A stretch of 63,902 nucleotides of DNA, from the NCBI RefSeq assembly GCF_001194135.2, contig NC_068989.1, positions 18,533,314 to 18,597,215 on the forward strand, written 5' to 3'. Source of the DNA: Octopus bimaculoides. Lineage: Eukaryota. The translations under genes were made by a program, and so were the position numbers. Shown here in pieces: positions 13,060 through 26,212 of this stretch (positions are counted from its first letter, which is position 1; the number at the start of each line of letters is the position of its first letter). Under the pieces are notes generated by a model, which saw nothing but the letters and a program-made list of their open reading frames with translations, was not told where the DNA came from and did not search any database.

Positions 13060-13498
13060 ATGTGCCAAGTTATAGTAACATGCCGATCTCTGATTTGGAC
13101 TCTCATAACCATTCTGACCACACTCATGTTAGTTGTGTCAGTCTGTTCACCATACTGGTTAACAGGCAAACCACAACACACTGGCTTGAGTGGTAAAAAC
13201 TACACTATCTTAAAGAACCAAGAAACATTTCACCCAACTGTTGGTATCTTCAACCGTTGTTATCGTCTACACAAATACAACAGGATCTACCACAGAGACA
13301 GCTGTGACACCTACGTCACAAAGTTCCACATGTCCAATGAAAATTTCCCCAATACATGGAAAGCTGCTTTATTTTTCTTTGTGTGTGGAGTATTGGCAAT
13401 GATATTCACCACTGCCACCTCTGTCATCAGCCTCTGTACACGAGCTTTGTGTAGCAAAAGCATTTTTACTTTATCTGGTCTCATCCAAAGTATTGCCG
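13060..13498 (+). CDS. LHFPL2: LHFPL tetraspan subfamily member 2-like, coding exon 1
   Basis: ATG at 13060; MCQVIVTCRSLIWTL...HPTVGIFNRC...KSIFTLSGLIQSIAG matches the LHFPL2 N-terminus (MCHVIVTCRSMLWTL...SIFNVCGLLQGIAG, recalled); phase-1 donor G|GTTGGT at 13499; upstream acceptor TTTCTTGCAG at 12815-12824. Confidence 0.95.
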
Positions 13499-14388
13499 GT
13501 TGGTATTTATTTACACCTTATTTATTTATTGTTGTTATTGATGTTGCTGTTGTTGTTGTTATTGATGTTGATGTTGTTGTTGTTATTGATGTTGATGTTG
13601 TTGTTGTTATCTCCCCAGGTCTCAGTTTAGATCAAGACTACTCCATCCACAACCATTTTGTCCTTTTATTTTCAGACATACATAATATATTTCATCATCA
13701 TCCTCATCAAAGGCAGTCCAACAATAACTGTCCAAATCAAATGTCATGAGCCGTATCAAGTGTATAAGAATTGCATTGATCTCTTCCACTAGTTTCTTTC
13801 AACTGTTGCGGGCCCCACCATAGGTACCAATGCCCAGTCTCCGCATATTATACTCAGTCACATCCTTGTATCTCATATGGAGTCTACCTTGATTCCTCAT
13901 CCCACCAAACAACTATGAATGGGGTATTTATCTTGACGGTCTAGTGTCTTCCATTCACAGGATATGTAGAGATTTCATTGCCTCAATATCTTTTCAAAAC
14001 TAAGAAGCTTAACTTTCTTTATAACAAAGGTGTTCTTGGCCTTGTTTTTCCAGGTGATATATACAATGTGTTTCAGGTATTGCCTTGTGAATTCATAGAT
14101 TTTCTTTCTTTGTTTTGTTGTTGTTTTTCTACCTGAGTGCAGTTTTCATCCATAACTCTGTTCGATACAATAAGGTAGATAATATTTTTATTTCATGGTA
14201 TATTTCCATCTCATTTGGACTAATGCGATAGCTGTTCCACAGTGGATCAGATGGCCTCGTTCGTTCTGTAATTAGTTCATTACTGAGCCTACTTTCAGTA
14301 CTGATTGTACTCCCCAGATTGGGTAAAATGGCTTGCCTCTACATGCAGCTACTCACCCTTTGATAGTGAAGGACATTGATGTTCCACA

Positions 14389-14790
14389 GGCGCAGGAGTG
14401 GCTGTGTGGTAAGTAGCTTGCTTATCAACCACATGGTTCTGCGTGGCACCTTGGACAAGTGTCTTCTACTATAGCCTCGGGCCGATCAAAGCCTTGTGAG
14501 TGGATTTGGTAGACGGAAACTGAAAGAAGCCCGTCATATATATATATATATATATATATATGCATGTGTATGTATATGTTTGTGTGTCTGTGTTTGTTCC
14601 CCCAACATCGCTTGACAACCGATGCTGGTGTGTTTACGTCCCCGTCACTTAGCGGTTCAGCAAAATGAGACCGATAGAATAAGTACTAGGCTTACAAAGA
14701 ATAAGTCCTGGGGGTCGATTTGCTCAGCTAAAGGCGTTGCTCCAGCATGGCCGCAGTCAAATGACTGAAACAAGTAAAAGAGTAAAAGAG
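14389..14790 (+). mobile_element. tRNA-derived SINE family B with internal microsatellite
   Basis: Head GGCGCAGGAGTGGCTGTGTGG, GGCACCTTGGACAAGT (CORE-like), central (TA)n, 3' end CAGTCAAATGACTGAAACAAGTAAAAGAG. Confidence 0.9.
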
Positions 14791-15811
14791 ATATATATCC
14801 AGGCTCACATTACCTTGTGATTCTGGGGCTACATTATCCAGTTTGTCCAACATTTTTTTTTTAAGCTGGCAAGATGTGATAGGAGAAGACTTGAATGCCT
14901 TTTCTAACAGATGTGAGTGACCACATAGTGGCTCCATGGCTTGTATTTATTTATCATAGGAGGAAGAGATATTGCTTTTTTCCATTTCTTCCTCCTAGGA
15001 TTACTATCCTCATCCATCACCTACCTACTCCATATACTCCTCTTGTGTCTTTTATCACCCACACCTATCCATTTCTCCATCCTATCTTCCTCTGTTTCAC
15101 CCTCACACCACTCCCTTCCACCACACATTTCCTGTCTCCATCACAAACATCTCTTCACACCTGCCTTTCTCATCTACTACTATTTGCACCTATTTACCAA
15201 CTCACATCTCTTCCTCCTCTACGCTCCCTCCCACAGCAGTAAGTCCTAGTCGTAGTCGTAGTCGTAGTGGTGGTGGTGGTGATGGTGGTGGCACTACTTT
15301 TCCCTCCCTATTTTCTGCCTTCCTACTTCTATCTCACCTGCACCCTTCTTCAATCACTTCGGAGATGGGGGGGTCCCATCCCCCAAAGCCATCAAAATAC
15401 CATCTTTCTCCAGATTTTCCAAATTCATTTGAACTTATTCCATTTTTTTTTTTTTTTCCATTCCTGGTTTTCCTCATCTCTTGTCACACCCTCACCTTTT
15501 CACCCATATATCACACATTCTCATGCCTTTGTACTTATCTATCTTGTCCTAACCCAAAATAAACCTTCTGAGCTATCACTCTCATTTGTACCCCCACCCC
15601 CAAAGTTTCAACATCTCTCATTCATGCAGATCTATACCCTCCTATCTTATTCCCCTGCTTACAAACTGCTTCACCTATCCACCCTTAATCCCACTGCATC
15701 CATTCATCTTCACGCCCTCAACTATTTCTACACCATTTTCCCCCCTCTGAGAACTCCGTGTTCAAAAAGTCTGCATGTTCCAGATTCACCTGGCAATGTC
15801 ATTATCATCAC

Positions 15812-15846
<35 letters not shown>

Positions 15847-16157
15847 TCACCACCACTACTACTACTATACTACTACTACTACTACTACCACCACCACCAC
15901 CACTACCACCACCACCACCACCNNNNNNNNNNNNNNNNNNNNNNNNNNNNNNNNNNNNNNNNNNNNNNNNNNNNNNNNNNNNNNNNNNNNNNNNNNNNNN
16001 NNNNNNNNNNNNNNNNNNNNNNNNNNNNNNNNNNNNNNNNNNNNNNNNNNNNNNNNNNNNNNNNNNNNNNNNNNNNNNNNNNNNNNNNNNNNNNNNNNNN
16101 NNNNNNNNNNNNNNNNNNNNNNNNNNNNNNNNNNNNACCACCACCACCACCACCACC

Positions 16158-16188
<31 letters not shown>

Positions 16189-18045
16189 TCACCATCATCA
16201 TCATCATCACCACCACCATCACCGTCATCATCACCATTGCAATCACCATCCATCATCACTACCATCACACCACCACCATCATCACCATCACCACCACTAT
16301 GATCAGCATCACCATCATCGTCATCACCATTATCATTATCATCACTAATCATCACTCATCTCAACTATTGTCATCAGATGAAGAGAGAGAGATAGCAAAA
16401 CACATACATTCAAAACGATAATCATTATACTATACTAGCACAGGTTGGAAAGTTCTTCAAATTCATCTGTTAGCACAAATTCCTGCAGTAGGGAAATCGT
16501 TACAGTACTTCAAAAAACAGCACAGTACCACACTGTACAGTACACTATCACACTAAATGGTATACTACCATACTATAAGGGTCAGTAACCACACTAAATG
16601 GTGCAGTAGTACACTATATGGTACAGTACTGTACTAAATGGTATAAATAGTACACTATGTAAAGACAAAACAGAGAAGTATCATATTAAATGATATAATG
16701 CATTATATTCTTCATGGTACTTATTCTTGGATTCTGCTAAGACTGACCTTTCCATTTACCTCTTCATGTTTGATAAATTCTGTACCAGTAATGTATTTAG
16801 GTACATCAATGACTCAATGTTAGACTTTAGTAGATACCAGTTAATTATAATGGTAGGAGACAAATAAATGCCACCAGTTAAGTATATATGTTACTTGACT
16901 GGGTGCCTGCTTATTTCATACTATATGGTTAATTATAATGGTAAATCAATCACGCAGTGGGAAACAGATAGGTACCAACAGTCAAATATATGTGGTACTT
17001 AACCAGTACCTGCCTATTTCCTACTATGTGGTTAATTGTAATAATAAACCAATCACACAGTAGAAGACAGTTAAGTACCACCAGTCAAGAGTATATGGTA
17101 CATTTGTAACACAGAGAGTAGGTACCGGTCAGTCCATTCTAAATATTTGTCATAGCACTTGAGCAAAGTTCTGTGCAATGGAATCCCACAGAACCATGTA
17201 CTTGCAAAGAAAACTTCTTAAAAATATAACCATTCCTGTTGAGACAATATAATTATGTGGTCAGATGTTGCTTGTACATATGACAGCTTGTAAATATGAC
17301 ACATTTTTCTACAAAATTTCATCTTCAATAGCAAATTCTTCCTTTCTAATTCCCAAAACCTACATTCCGTTCATTCTTATATTAGAGGAATTTAATCTCC
17401 GCAATATAAAACATCAAATTAACTCTCTTTAATTTCCAATTTTACATTCCACTATTGAGTTATTCACCTTTCTTATCTTAACTCTTCAGCTGTTATCTAG
17501 GCAGAGGTGTTTGAGTCAACCTAGATATTACAACATAGATATTATTTGTACACATGTATCATTCACAAATGCATATCACTTATATACACATTACTCACAA
17601 GTGTATATCATTCACAATCACATCAGTCGCAAATATATCTAACCCATAAACATAAATTGCTCACAAAATAATATCACTCATAAAACAATCATTCACAATT
17701 ACATATCACTCATCAATCACAACTATATGTAAACTCAAACACATATTGCTCCCAAAATAATATCACTCATAAAACAAAATCACTCACAAATGCATATTAT
17801 TCACAATTATAAATCACACGTGTCACAAAAATATCACTGTCAGGTGCAGGCACTTCTGTGTGGTTAGAAAGTTTGATTCTCAGCTGTCATTTCAGTTTCA
17901 GTCCTACTGCATTAGTAAGTTATCTCGTACAATAAACTTATGCTGGTTAATGCCATGTGAGGGAATTTGACAGATGAAAACTGGAAGAAGAGCACTGTAT
18001 ACAATAAGTTAATAATAATTTTATTATATAATAATAATAATAATA

Positions 18046-18079
<34 letters not shown>

Positions 18080-18081
<2 letters not shown>

Positions 18082-18306
18082 TTATGTTTGACTTTTGCTT
18101 TGCATTTGTACAAGTTGGATCCAAGTCTCACCCAGAGACCTCAAGAGACAACAAGTTAGAAGTTCATGTAGGTGTTATGCCTAAGGTACCATATATTTGG
18201 ATTTGTATATAGTGTTGTTCTAGAGAATGTTTAAGAAACCATAAGAAAATTATGTGCTTGTTTTAAAATTTGAGATCATATAGACAGTATTTTACGTAGG
18301 ATATGG
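18080..18306 (-). mobile_element. R4/Dong-like LINE 3' end embedded in (TAA)n
   Basis: ORF end HILRKILSI*, ~200-nt 3' UTR, (TAA)n on both sides. Confidence 0.6.
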
Positions 18307-18541
<235 letters not shown>

Positions 18542-18719
18542 GGTGGCAAGCTGGCAGATTCGTTAGCAAACAGAACAAAATGCTACTAAGCATTTTGTCC
18601 ATCTTTATGTTCCGGGTTTAAATTCCACTGAGGTCAACTTTGCCTTTCATCCTTTTGAGGTCGATAAAATATGTACCAGTTGAACACTGGGGTCAATGTA
18701 ATTGACCAGCATTTCTTCT

Positions 18720-20360
18720 GATTCCTTACATTGTGAGTTCATGAAGAAGATGAACAAGTGCACACCAAGAAAAAAAATCTCCCTGAGATCTCAAGGCAAA
18801 CCAGGGTTAATGCCCTTCTCAAACCAGATGAAGATCCAGTGTATGCAAAGAACTTTCATACAATCTCTCTACCATGTCACCCATATAAACTATTTAAACA
18901 TCTGATTTTTAACAGGCTTGTCCCTGCTGTTGAACCAGCCATCGTTCTTCAACAAGCCAACTTCTGAATCTCACTCAGAATATTGAGGATGAGTTTCAGG
19001 AAAAAGACAGATGATAATAGGAGCCACATTTGATGATCCATCTGTAACATGTGCTATGTACCACCACCTCCTCCTGGAGTAACAAAAGACTTGACACTAT
19101 CAGAATTCATAAGGGCCTTCCTTCTTTGTTTCCATGAACAACAAGCAAAACCATTGATGATGACGAGAGAATTGATTACCCACCACGAAGTGTACTGGGC
19201 TCAATACAATATAACATCTACATTGAAGACCTGTTGGGGCAAGCGAAAGCGAAATTATGATGGCACCTGTGCCCAGCGTCGCCTTCCTGGCACGTGTAAA
19301 GACATTCGAGCGAGATCATTGCCAGTGCCTCTGGACTGACTCCTGTGCAGGTAGCACGTAAAACACACCATTTTGAGCGTGGTTGTTGCTAGTACCGCCT
19401 GACTGGTCCTCGTGCCAGTGGCACGTAAAAGCACCCACTACACTCTCGGAGTTGTTGGCGTTAGGAAGGGCATCCAGCTGTAGAAACTCTGCCAGATCAG
19501 ATTGGAGCCTGGTGCAGCCTTCTGGCTTGCCAGTCCTCAGTGAAATCGTCCAACCCATGCTAGCATGGAAAGCGGACGTTAAACGATGATGATGATGACA
19601 TAATGACCAACCAATGAGCAAGCAGACTGAGCAGGGTATCTACCCTGACAACCTCTATGTAATATCCCAAGAGAGTACATTTGAAGCAGTAGTAAACAAA
19701 CCTCATCTCAGCACTAGTTGAACTACTATAACTATTACAAATGTAACCACCAAGACGTCAGCCCTGTAAAGACTCAAGTCTACTCATTCATTTCAGGAAT
19801 CAGAAAATAAATCTACCACTTAAACATTAATTGGTTTGGAACACCACTGAAGCATTGTGCCTATGCTGTCTACCGTGAGCCTGCATTGAACTACACCTAC
19901 CATCTGATCACTGGTTGCATGAAACCCACTAGCACAAACAACCTGCACCTCCTCAATGGCATGGCCCAGCTGATATTAGATGGGAAGTGGCCAGTTGAGC
20001 CAAGAGGGCAAAGGCTACTACTAGTGATAGCATCATCTCCTCCATACATCAATCTCCAGTCTAATGACTGAAATTGAGAAGTTTTCTCAACCATGTCCAG
20101 CTCCTGACATCTTGGGAAGAAACCAGACACCAATTCTGGATAGAAAAGCCAGAGAACAATCCTCTTCCAATTGAGATGGGAATCCCCTCTGCTGAAAACC
20201 GCTCTCCTGGCTCAAAAGTACCATGGAGTCAGTGGATGACACTCAACAACCTGAGAACAAGAATGGAATGATCAAAAGTTCTTTGGTCAGGTGGGGCTAC
20301 AAGATCAGCCCAATCGTATGTGAATGGGGAGAAGCAAACCATATGATGGAACAGATTTCA
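18720..20360 (+). mobile_element. Decayed Ingi/Vingi-like LINE, interrupted by an RTE 3' end at ~19270-19600
   Basis: SRQTRVNALLKPDEDP..KNFHTISLPCHPYKLFKHLIFNRL..QQANF; HLITGCMKPTSTNNLHLLNG; WMTLNNLRT..WGY..CE; clade assignment from recalled motifs. Confidence 0.65.
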
Positions 20361-21050
20361 ATAAAAATGCAAAGAACTGTGTAAAGACATGGTAAAGTAT
20401 TATATAAATGTTATGCATCAAAGAATCAAAAGAAGTGAGACATGTTTCTATGACCTGTCTAGGAGGTCAGTAACTCCAGATAATTACTGACTCAGATCAT
20501 GACAAACTGTCCAACCTATGCCAGCATGGAAAATAAACTTTAAATGACAATGATTATGATAACAGGGTTGGAGTGGTGATGAAGAGGACAATTGTTTATC
20601 AACTATGATTGATGAAGCCTATGATCATAGATATTCTAGCCATAACCATCCCCTCAGAGGCACAGTGCATATAGAACAACATTACCCAATATAGTTGGAT
20701 GTTAGTTGCTGTTATTTCTTGCAGATTAAGTGACCTTGACCTTACAAAAACTCTAATTAATTTGTTTTGAATTAGTCAAAAGAAAGATGGTTGGTACCCA
20801 TAATTGCAGATTGATGGAAAACATTAATGCATTTGAGGTTCATTTGAGGATTGTAGTTGTGGGGCAGAAGGACTTGGTAAAGTGTTCTGTGCAGGATTAA
20901 GGAAGTTGGACATAGTGAGGATGTAAGCTGAGGAGAGACAGGTGGGTTAGAAAAGCCAGAGCTGAGAGGATATGCAGCTAGCTAAATAAGAGGTGAAGCT
21001 ATAAGTTGTAGCAGAAGGAGAGGTAGGAAGGAATAGCATGTGTCAGTGAG

Positions 21051-21140
21051 CTAGGCTTTGATGTGTTACCAAGTGAATCTAGGCTTTGATGTGTTACCAA
21101 GTGAATCATAATCTATACTTTGATGTGTTACCAAGTGAAT
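21051..21140. repeat. 28-bp minisatellite, ~3 copies
   Basis: CTAGGCTTTGATGTGTTACCAAGTGAAT repeated. Confidence 0.9.
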
Positions 21141-21722
21141 CAGTAGAAGAGCTTTCTTTTGGATGTTTTCTATTCTGTTTGTGTATGTGCATGTGTGTGC
21201 AATTGTCTCACATTCATATGGACAATACTCCAATGTGCGCCTATGTTTGCATAACCTCAGCTTCTGTACATGTTCAACTAACAAACACCTAGTCTTATTA
21301 ACAACAGCACTGATTAAGGAGGGCATCAGATAAGGTATTTACCTGACAGTCCATCACTATTTAGAAAATATTGAATTACAGGAAACACAATTCTAAATTA
21401 AAAGTGATAGATACAGAGATATAACATGGGTTTTGACCACCCTGCATAATAGCTAAATTGACTGCCACTTTCCTTAAACATAACATACCTTTGACTACAG
21501 CATATACTACCCATATATAAAGTGGCCACTCTATATGATCCACATATCTTGCAACCCCCCCNNNNNNNNNNCCACACACACACACACTATGCCATTAGAT
21601 AGCTGTAGTAGTGTATTCACAACAGTAGGTCATCTAATTCACACATTATTGAATACAGTCTCCACATTCAGTGAGTTTTCTGATATTTGATGACAATGTA
21701 ACAGTTATATGTATATATATAT

Positions 21723-21749
<27 letters not shown>

Positions 21750-21755
<6 letters not shown>

Positions 21756-22230
21756 GTTTAATGTCTGCCTTCCATGCTAGCATGGGTTGGATGATTTGAC
21801 TGAGGACTGGCAAACCAGATGGCTACACCAGGCTCCAATCTGATTTGGAGTTTCTACAGCTGGATGCCCTTCCTAACGCCAGCCACTCAGAGAGTGTAGT
21901 GGGTGCTTTTATGTGCCACCAGCATGAAGGCCAGTCAGGCGGTACTGGCAACGGCCACGCTCAAAATGGTGTATTTTACATGCCACCTGCACAGGAGGCA
22001 GTCCAGCGGCACTGGCAACGACCTTGCTCGAATGTTTTTTTATGTGCCAGTAAGGCAATGCTGGTAACGATCACGCTCAAATGGTGCTATTTCCGTGCCA
22101 CTGGCACAGAAGCCAGACAGCTGCTCTGGCAATGATCACGCTCAGACGGTGCTCTTAGCACTCCACTGGTACAGGTGCCATCACGATTTCGATTTCACTT
22201 GCCCCAACAGGTCTTCGCAAGCCAGTATGT
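21750..22230 (-). mobile_element. RTE LINE 3' UTR copy ('family D') with ~65-bp subrepeats
   Basis: Matches 46141-46600; further copies near 19270(+), 25676, 25850, 37985(+), 50058, 51380, 53670, 55310(+), 56000(+), 57300. Confidence 0.85.
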
Positions 22231-22361
22231 ATATGTATATATATATATTACAGTATATTTGTGTATATGTACAGGTGTGTGTAACAGTGGATTATCTAAT
22301 ACATATGAAAAGCCTTTTGCATTGAGGTTTGTGATACTTGATGATACTGTAATTTTTTGTA

Positions 22362-22745
22362 TGGTAGGAAGTTTACTTCCCAGCCACAGGGTTCCAGGTT
22401 CAGTCCCACTGCATGGCACCTTGGACAAGTACTTTTTACTATAGTCTTGGGCCAAAAAAAGCCTTGTGAGTGGATTTGGTAGGCAGAAACTGAAAGAAAC
22501 CCATAGCACACACTCACACACGCATGTGTGTATGTGTGTGTGTCCCTCACCACTACTTGACAACCAGCGTTGGTGTGTTTATGTCGCCATAACTTAGTGG
22601 TTCAGCAAGAGAGACTGATGGAATAATTCCCAAGCTTAAAATATAAAAAACTGCGGTTGACTCATTCAACTAAAATTCTTCAAGGTGTCCCCCAGCATGT
22701 CCACAGTCTAAGGGCCAAAACACATAAGAGAATAAAAGAATATAT
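22362..22745 (+). mobile_element. SINE family B, diverged
   Basis: Same head/CORE-like/3' modules with more substitutions. Confidence 0.8.
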
Positions 22746-23139
22746 CACCAGGAAACTAAACATGGAAACTATCCACACAACATCATCCTAAAGTGACGCT
22801 CACTCTCATCCAATCCAGACAAACTCTAATTACACACACATACACCATGATACAAATGCAATATCCTTTTCTACTCTAGGCACAAGGCCCAAAATTTTGG
22901 GGGAGGGAGCCAGTCGATTAGATCGACCCCAGTACACAGCTGGTACTTAATTTATTGACCCTGAAAGGACAAAAGGCAAAGTCAACCGCAGCTGAATTTG
23001 AACTCAGAACGTATAGATGAAATACTGCTAAGCATTTCACCCGGCATGCTAACGCTTCTGCCAGCTCGCTGCCTTAATACAAATGCAATATTGTATCAAG
23101 AGGCACTCAGCACTGAAACACTGCTGGCCACTATATTCA

Positions 23140-23228
23140 CCACTCAACACAGTCAAGCACTTCACTCAACACAGCCAAGCACTTCACTCAACACAACCAA
23201 GCAAATTCACTTAACACAGCCAACCACT
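23140..23228. repeat. 22-bp minisatellite, ~4 copies
   Basis: TTCACTCAACACAGCCAAGCAC-like units. Confidence 0.85.
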
Positions 23229-23643
23229 TCTTATAGGATTTTAATGTCACAACCACCTAATATCCACACTAAAATGCTTTAAATAGAACAACATGCATTT
23301 ATACATACACAGACAACCATACATATATATATATATATATATATGACCACACACACACACACACACNNNNNNNNNNNNNNNNNNNNNNNNNNNNNNNNNN
23401 NNNNNNNNNNNNNNNNNNNNNNNNNNNNNNNNNNNNNNNNNNNNNNNNNNNNNNNNNNNNNNNACAACCATACACATAAATACCAGCACATAAAGAAATA
23501 ACATACACACAAAAATTCACTTAATATCCATCTTCCCTCCTTTTATTCCTTTATTTTCCTCATCGTCCCTGCCTCTCTCGCACATATTGAATCTTATATA
23601 AACTGCAGACAGTTGATGGCTGTTAACTTGTTTTTACTTCCAG

Positions 23644-23757
23644 GTTTGTTCTGTATAATCGGTTTGATTCTCTACCCAGCCGGGTGGGGCACGGAGAGGG
23701 TGAAGAAAATCTGTGGAGATTTGGCAAGTCCTTACAACATTGATAACTGCAGCTTAG
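23644..23757 (+). CDS. LHFPL2: LHFPL2-like coding exon 2
   Basis: Acceptor TTACTTCCAG, 114 nt encoding (G)LFCIIGLILYPAGWGTERVKKICGDLASPYNIDNCSL(G) with the family YPAGWG motif, donor GTAAGT at 23758. Confidence 0.95.
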
Positions 23758-24315
23758 GTAAGTCTTTGTGGATTGCAATGTATTTCTTTAGCATGGAAAC
23801 CATATAGTACGTACATGCGTGTGTGTGTCTGTGTATGTGAATGTGTGTGTTTGTGTACATGCACGTGTGTATGTGTTTGTGCACATGTGCGTATTGTTGT
23901 TGTTAGTGTGGTGGTAGTGGTGGTAGTGCTGGTAATGGAATGGCAGAGATATTTAGAGTGGTGAACTACATAACATGCTGTAATTAGTTAACATCTCTTT
24001 ATGTTCTGTCTCTATCTACCTGTCTGGCTCTCTGCCTCTGTGTGTGTGTATGTGTGTGTGTGTGCGCGTGCGCATGTGTGCATGTATGTGCCTTTGTATG
24101 TATGTGTGCAATGATGTATGTATGTGTGCAATGATGTATGTATGTGTGTATCAGTGGTGCAGATATTACTGTCATTATTCTTATTAAGAAGTTTGCAAAC
24201 ATGTGGTTTGAGGTTCAGTCCCACAGCACAGCATCTTGGGCAAATGTTTTCTGCTACAGCCCCAAGTCTTGGTGAATAAATTTAGTTGACAGAAACTGAA
24301 AAGAAGCTCAAGATA

Positions 24316-24358
<43 letters not shown>

Positions 24359-24674
24359 GTGTGTTAGTGAGTTAGTATGAGACCACAAGTGATTTATTTC
24401 AGAAAGACAGAGGCAGACAAGTAGAAAGACAGGGGGTTGTGTGTGAGAGAGAGAGAGAGAGAAGGGAGGCAGGCAGGCAGGGAGGGAGGGAGAAAGGAAG
24501 GAAGGAATGAAGAAAGGACAGACAGATGACAACGACAACGACAACGATGGAAATGGCCCAAATATGCTAAATGCTGAAGGGTTAAATAATGTTATTTTTT
24601 TTTTCGTTTGTTTATTTATAATTGCTGTACCTTCTCTTTGTCACTCTCTCTCTCTCTCTCTTTCTATCTTGCAG

Positions 24675-24817
24675 GTTGGGCCTTATATCTCAATATTGTC
24701 AGCATTTGCTTCATCTTCATCTGTTCCACGCTGTCCATCCAGGCTAACCACTCCATGAATAGACAAAAAGTTCAAGAGGATATTCTCACTGGAAAGAGTC
24801 TCATCTGTATTGCATAA
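24675..24817 (+). CDS. LHFPL2: LHFPL2-like coding exon 3 (stop)
   Basis: Acceptor TCTTGCAG; (G)WALYLNIVSICFIFICSTLSIQANHSMNRQKVQEDILTGKSLICIA*, similar to LHFPL2 C-terminal KVQEEIEEGKNLICLL; exons sum to 696 nt = 231 aa + stop. Confidence 0.95.
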
Positions 24818-25126
24818 ACATTTCCATGTGCATACATTGCATGCACGCACGCTCACACACACACACTTATACACATGTATATGTTTTACTACATACATAT
24901 ACATGGACATATATACATACATACAAGCACACACCTGCCTAAATACACACCTTAAATACATACACAAACAATACACATATGCATTTGCATGTCCACACAC
25001 AAACATGCATGCACAAACACACACATGCACACAAACAAACACACACAAGAATAACACAAATCTGTATGTTTTGTGTGATACCTACAACAAACATTAACAA
25101 ACACATTGGCTACAATCCTTAACATT

Positions 25127-25165
<39 letters not shown>

Positions 25166-25560
25166 TCCACAATAACTATATATATATATTTTTTTTTTTT
25201 TTTTGTTATTTGCCCCAATGGATGAGGGACAGACACAATACTAAAAAAAAAATACAGAAAAGTGGAAATTTTACATCAAAAGTTGGGAACAGATAACAAA
25301 CTCTACACACATATAAAAAATAAAATGAAATAATGTATACAAATATATATGCAATTGTTGGGTGTCACTCTTACTGTTGTGGTGGTCAGCATTTATCACT
25401 GATCTTTGTCCTTAAATGTGATAAAATTGCGGTGTTGAATCCTGACCAGTCCTTGATGTTATTGAACTAGGACTTCTTTTTGTCTGCCTCCTCCTCTTTC
25501 AGCTGTGCTCTAGAAAATATATTATACATATATATATATATATATATATTATTCATTAAC

Positions 25561-25676
25561 ATGAATAGTGCTAAATAGTGACTTTGAAGTTCTAGCCTGC
25601 TAAGAGCCATCGTATAGGGCTGTCTAATGATGGCTTATCAGGCTGAAACTTCAAAGTTAATGCTAATGCTATTCAT
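25561..25676. ncRNA. Decayed inverted pair of hammerhead-like motifs
   Basis: Imperfect palindrome; right arm CTAATGA-T-GGCTT(atc)AGGCT-GAAA-CTTCAAAG-TT, left arm (minus) retains ...CTTCAAAG-TC. Confidence 0.5.
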
Positions 25677-26024
25677 CATCATCGTTTAACGTCCGCTTTC
25701 CATGCTGGCATAGGTTGGACGATTTGACTGAGGACTGGTGAAACCAGATGGCTACACCAGGCTCCAATCTGATTTGGCAGAGTTTCTACAGCTGGATGCC
25801 CTTCCTAACGCCAACCACTCTGAGAGTGTAGTTTATATATATATATCATCATCATCATCATTTAACGTCCGCTTTCCATGCTAGCGTGGGTTGGACGATT
25901 TGACTGAGGACTGGCAAATCAGATGGCTACACCAGGCTCCAAAAGAATAATAAATATGTGTTCTATAATATGTATTGAGTGGTNNNNNNNNNNTTATAAT
26001 TCAACATGAAAACAAACATTCATT

Positions 26025-26072
<48 letters not shown>

Positions 26073-26179
26073 GTATACACTAAAGGCGGTGCTCCAGCAT
26101 GGCCGCAGTCAAATGACTGAAACAAGTAAAAGAGTATACACACACACATACATATATATCCATATAGATATAGATACAT

Positions 26180-26212
<33 letters not shown>

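Noticed and set aside
13499-13749. ORF extension of LHFPL2 exon 1 (…VVVVIDVDVVVV…)
   Set aside because: Read-through into intron 1 over a (GTT)n tract; homology resumes only at 23644 with matching phase.
13780-14250. Possible decayed LINE endonuclease on minus (IICGDW.., IGTYGG..)
   Set aside because: Only scattered residues across frames; too weak to call.
15267-16421. 384-aa ORF and overlapping poly-T/H/P/V ORFs
   Set aside because: Translations of trinucleotide microsatellites and N gaps; the same applies to ORFs near 315-1043, 1890-2609, 8219-8657, 18263-18621 and 55861-56326.
25725-25750. CTGAGGA followed by a CTGG/CCAG hairpin in RTE 3' UTR copies
   Set aside because: No GAAA or helix III after the hairpin, so not a hammerhead.
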